The notes under the pieces are model-generated. The model was not told the origin of the DNA. It saw only the letters and a list, made by a program, of their open reading frames with translations, and searched no databases. 64,000 bases of DNA from assembly GCA_965220765.1 (NCBI GenBank), contig OZ244847.1, positions 640,646-704,645 on the forward strand. The letters are read 5' to 3'. Shown one piece after another: positions 60,883 through 64,000 of this stretch (position 1 is the first letter of the stretch; every line of letters begins with the position of its first letter). The DNA comes from Candidatus Latescibacterota bacterium. GTDB lineage: Bacteria > Latescibacterota > UBA2968. Made by a program: the position numbers and the translations under genes.

Positions 60883-62799
60883 TCAAAAAAAATCAACAAC
60901 AACATCGGCCATCTTTTTTTGTCCTTCTACGCTGATTATCTCAGTGGCTGGAAGGCCCTGCGTTGATTCTATGCGCGATGTGATTTGGCAAATTTCCGCT
61001 TTAGAGAGCGGCTGGTTGACGACTGTATTAACCGTGTCATTAACAATTTTTTTCTTATCACTAAAAACGAGCAGAATAACTTTTCCTTTTCCCAGGCCCT
61101 CTAACACGCGGATATTTTCCTGTATAAATTCAGGCTCGTCGATAGAATTAACGAGCAGGATATAGGCATCGGGAACGGTTCCAAAGAGCAAGATCAATGA
61201 GGGCAACGTATAACTCTGAGATTTTTCGTAAAAGCTATGAGGTATGATACCGGACTGACCACCAACAATGATGATATCCGGGTCTGAGTGTTCAATGCCG
61301 ACCATAGCGGAATTTAGAAGTGGAATGTGTAAATCTATGGGAATTTGGATGCTCTGATGCCCGTCATATCCATTTGGAAATGTAAAATCGAAATCAAATA
61401 ATGCAGATTGGTGTTCTGTACCCAATTGACCCACTTTATAGCCAATTTTCTGTAATTGTTTTCTCAGTGCCAATTGTGCAGTGAACTTGCCTTGTTGCGG
61501 TCCTGTCCCAAACACGCCCACGACAGGTTTCTGGCTTCTGTTTCTCCAATCATAAGTTTTGGTCAAAGCCTCATAAGTTGCAAAATCAATGGTCGGTGCT
61601 GCACAATGTAGATATTTTTCTTCAAATGCTTTACTTATGCTTTCGTATTGCTTATTTGCAATGGGGCTCAGACTGTAAACATTCTTGTTATGCTTCAATG
61701 CCAGTTTTAGAGATTCTTGTAACACATCGCGTTTCTTAATCCGGCTAATTTCATCCAAATAGCCCAAAACGAGCGTATCGCCGTATTGCAGACAGTCTTC
61801 CAAATTTTGTTGTATGATGAGATCAGATTCGACCCCACCAATAACCTCCCCACAATCTTTGCCTATGGTTCTTTTTCCAACAACGTCAACTACCCTTGCA
61901 ATTCTAAACGGCAATAACTCCTGAAACCGCACCAGCCCATGCATTTCTTTGTTATAGGGGAAAATCACAGCCTTTTCTATCCAGTCTGGCGTATTATTTG
62001 CCTTATTTAGGTCTCGGATAGAAACGTCTGAGCGAGACCTGGGCATTTCGCTCATTGCATAAGCACTGCTATCTACCAACTCGGGACATTGACTTAAGGA
62101 GTGCATCTGCAAAATTTCTGTCAGATCGTTGAAAGTTATGCCATCATATTTCTCTATGATCAGAGCAATCAAGCCAGAAACATGCGGAGCCGCAAAACTC
62201 GATCCGCCCATAAATATCTGTTTGCCTACCAGCCAATCGAGGCGTTGACGATCACCTCGTGCGACAAACTGTATTTTTTCGTGCGGGTCAAAAAAGTAAT
62301 CAAATTTTCCACTCACTTTTCCTCCTGCTACGCCAAAAACATTGGGAAAAGACGCGGGAATACTCGGTTGTCCATCATTTGATGTCGCCGCAACAATGAA
62401 CGTCTGGTGTTTGTGTGCAAAATCACAGGCCTCCTTCAAAATATCGATATTCCTCTCATCCAGAGTGCCTAAACTCAAATTGATAATGTGACAGTGATGT
62501 TCAACACACCAGTAAATCGCCTTGCACAAAATGTCCATTGTCGCTATCAGCTCTGATTCAAAAATTTTGACAGGCAAAAATTCTACATTGGGAGCCTTAG
62601 AGTGGATGACGCCAATACATGCTGTACCGTGGCCTATCATATCCTTGTAATTTGAATCCTGACCGCCATTGCAGAAACTGGTACCATTCAACACATGTAC
62701 ATCTTTGTGGCCGACGTTAAAACCGCTATCAATGACGCCGATCCGAGTCCCAGTACCTGTCAGCCCTGAAAAAAAATGCGCCATCAAAAAACCTTTCAA
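60883..62799 (-). CDS. intracellular S8 subtilisin-like serine peptidase fused to a roughly 400-aa C-terminal domain (possible CoA-binding/Rossmann-like region)
   Basis: 638 aa. Catalytic triad contexts GVIDSGF (D), HGTACIG (H), GGSSFAAPHVSG (S). No signal peptide. C-terminal half contains VVGVFGTGPQQGKFTAQLAL, which is SucD/CoA-binding-like. Confidence 0.8.
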   Translation of the reverse strand: MKGFLMAHFFSGLTGTGTRIGVIDSGFNVGHKDVHVLNGTSFCNGGQDSNYKDMIGHGTACIGVIHSKAPNVEFLPVKIFESELIATMDILCKAIYWCVEHHCHIINLSLGTLDERNIDILKEACDFAHKHQTFIVAATSNDGQPSIPASFPNVFGVAGGKVSGKFDYFFDPHEKIQFVARGDRQRLDWLVGKQIFMGGSSFAAPHVSGLIALIIEKYDGITFNDLTEILQMHSLSQCPELVDSSAYAMSEMPRSRSDVSIRDLNKANNTPDWIEKAVIFPYNKEMHGLVRFQELLPFRIARVVDVVGKRTIGKDCGEVIGGVESDLIIQQNLEDCLQYGDTLVLGYLDEISRIKKRDVLQESLKLALKHNKNVYSLSPIANKQYESISKAFEEKYLHCAAPTIDFATYEALTKTYDWRNRSQKPVVGVFGTGPQQGKFTAQLALRKQLQKIGYKVGQLGTEHQSALFDFDFTFPNGYDGHQSIQIPIDLHIPLLNSAMVGIEHSDPDIIIVGGQSGIIPHSFYEKSQSYTLPSLILLFGTVPDAYILLVNSIDEPEFIQENIRVLEGLGKGKVILLVFSDKKKIVNDTVNTVVNQPLSKAEICQITSRIESTQGLPATEIISVEGQKKMADVVVDFF

Positions 62800-62917
62800 T
62801 ACGCGATGTGTGACTTTAAAATCGCCACAGAATCATGCCGACAAACAGATATAAGAAAGTCAAAACTACTGGATTACTGGCATTGTGCCTTCGCGGCTAA
62901 CATCCTGCCGCAATGAC

Positions 62918-62937
62918 GGGCGAGGCATGCCTCGCCC
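62918..62937. other. perfect GC-rich palindrome downstream of the ACP-like gene
   Basis: gggcgagg-catg-cctcgccc. No adjacent U-tract on the minus strand. Confidence 0.4.
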
Positions 62938-62980
62938 CTACAATGGATAACTGACCACTGATTGCTTGTTTTTTTCACCA

Positions 62981-63280
62981 TTATTCTAAAGTCACACCTG
63001 ACGTCTTTCGATATGTTTCAGTGGTTAATTTCCCATATATATACTGCGCTACCGAACGTGTCGAAGTGAGCATGTCTTCTGTGAGTTCTTCGTCCTCTAC
63101 GACCACGTCAAATGTATCCTCTAAGCCTGTCACCAGGGCCAGGGTGGAAATAGAATCGAGTATAGAATTCAAAGGAAGATTACCCCAATCTACATCATCG
63201 GATGGGACTTCACGGTCTAATGCTCTCAGGACCAGACCTTGAATCTGATTCTCAATCTCAGCTATTGTATTTTCTGTCAT
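62981..63280 (-). CDS. acyl-carrier-protein-like small acidic protein
   Basis: 99 aa, acidic. LPLNSILDSISTLALVTGLE resembles the phosphopantetheine-attachment helix II (DSL..EL) of carrier proteins. Confidence 0.4.
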   Translation of the reverse strand: MTENTIAEIENQIQGLVLRALDREVPSDDVDWGNLPLNSILDSISTLALVTGLEDTFDVVVEDEELTEDMLTSTRSVAQYIYGKLTTETYRKTSGVTLE

Positions 63281-63334
63281 AAAATTTTATATCCGGTTAC
63301 ACGATAGTTGACATCCTATCCCTCAAAAGGTATC

Positions 63335-63426
63335 TTACCATCAAGCTCACATTCCCAAATGCTTGAGCTTTGAACTGCTGTCTGCCGCCGACACTCGACT
63401 TGCCAGGGTCTGTCGGCGGCTTTTTT
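63335..63426 (+). repeat. repeat module copy 4 (most compact; second hairpin followed by T6)
   Basis: cttaccatcaagctcacattcccaaatgcttgagctttgaactgctg-tctgccgccgacactcgacttgccagggtctgtcggcggc-tttttt. Confidence 0.8.
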
Positions 63427-63450
63427 GTGATGTATGTAATATAATTGCCC

Positions 63451-63990
63451 TTATAGTTTCAAGCCCGAAAGTTTGTCCTGACCTGCAAAATTTGTCCCAG
63501 ATTCTACTTTTTTGCGATATGTGGTCGGACTAACGCCATGCTTCTCTTTGAAAAACTTGCTAAAAGTCGATAAAGATGCAAATCCACACAGGTAAGCAAT
63601 TTCTGAAAGGGTATATGATGTGTTCTTCAACGCTTCCTCAGCCTTTGTTAGACGTACATTCCGAAGGCACATCCTGAACGGCATTCCCAGGTGCTTCTTA
63701 AACAATTTATATCCATAGCTTTCCGAGAACCTGAAATGACGTATGACATCTTTAAATTTCAGCTTTGGATTGCTGTAATTCGCCTCCAAAAATGATTCCA
63801 ACCAGATCTTCCACATATCTTGTGGAGGCATATATTTTTTGATCTTCGCCAAAAACACATCTCTCTTGATGGGTTTATCAAATACACTGACAGCACCGGC
63901 CTTGATCAGTTGCTCGCCCAATTCTGCGGATTGCAAATCTGTCATGACCAGCATAGCGGTCTGTATTTTCTCCGCCTTCACACGCTTCAA
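63451..63990 (-). CDS. AraC-family transcriptional regulator, probably with N-terminal receiver domain (5' end outside the window)
   Basis: C-terminal AraC helix-turn-helix (..SEIAYLCGFASLSTFSKFFKEKHGVSPTTYRK). Preceding ..IKAGAVSVFDKPIKRDVFLAKI resembles the end of a REC domain. The ORF runs to the window edge. Confidence 0.8.
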   Translation of the reverse strand: MKRVKAEKIQTAMLVMTDLQSAELGEQLIKAGAVSVFDKPIKRDVFLAKIKKYMPPQDMWKIWLESFLEANYSNPKLKFKDVIRHFRFSESYGYKLFKKHLGMPFRMCLRNVRLTKAEEALKNTSYTLSEIAYLCGFASLSTFSKFFKEKHGVSPTTYRKKVESGTNFAGQDKLSGLKL

Positions 63991-64000
63991 TAGGGTTATT

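Noticed and set aside
1-64000. CRISPR arrays, tRNA or rRNA genes
   Set aside because: No regularly spaced direct repeats were seen. No tRNA-like T-arm motifs (GGTTCGAnTCC) or rRNA-like conserved blocks were seen in intergenic regions.

Overview
This 64-kb window is bacterial, and every confident gene lies on the minus strand except rlmH and one large membrane protein. No rRNA, tRNA or CRISPR array was found. It has two compositional halves: roughly 1–41 kb is high-GC (about 55–60% by eye) and core-like, and roughly 43–64 kb is low-GC (about 40–45%) and accessory-like.

**Core half.**
- A TonB-dependent receptor, an OM beta-barrel, an isochorismatase-like hydrolase, two heparinase II/III-like proteins and a 662-aa polytopic membrane protein.
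- A short low-GC insert with a secreted protein, a lipoprotein and a frameshifted cytochrome P450 remnant, followed by a Lys/Ala-rich histone-H1-like protein.
- One long co-directional array: ribD (reductase domain only)-ribE-ribBA-ribH-nusB-phosphoesterase-secA-rhodanese-groES-groEL, with a perfect CIRCE operator upstream of groES.
- An S55 (SpoIVB-like) peptidase, a beta-propeller secreted protein, an enolase-superfamily enzyme and an OM barrel.
- A 10-gene Mrp/Mnh-type cation/proton antiporter cluster with three MrpD/A-like large subunits.

**Accessory half.**
- An AAA-ATPase/PD-(D/E)XK gene flanked by a roughly 55-bp imperfect direct repeat.
- A surface-glycan cluster: SAM methyltransferase, DUF354, initiating sugar-phosphate transferase, two GT4 glycosyltransferases and a DUF218 protein.
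- The most notable locus, at about 51.2–64 kb. A receiver-AraC regulator (truncated at the window edge), an ACP-like 99-aa protein, a signal-peptide-less S8 subtilase with a roughly 400-aa extra C-terminal domain, and a membrane TlpA-like CxxC thioredoxin. A 77-aa Cys/aromatic-rich small ORF with a strong RBS, an 825-aa FtsX-type permease and an IS5-family insertion with terminal inverted repeats. A beta-propeller lipoprotein carrying a 12-nt homopolymeric G/C tract, an ABC exporter and a rhodanese + MauE/DoxX pair.
- Four same-orientation copies of a roughly 90–175-bp two-hairpin repeat module, each sitting immediately upstream of a minus-strand start codon (DUF218, ABC exporter, small peptide, ACP-like).

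I read this last locus as a candidate co-regulated peptide/redox maturation-and-export system of undescribed type. That reading is inference from sequence only.
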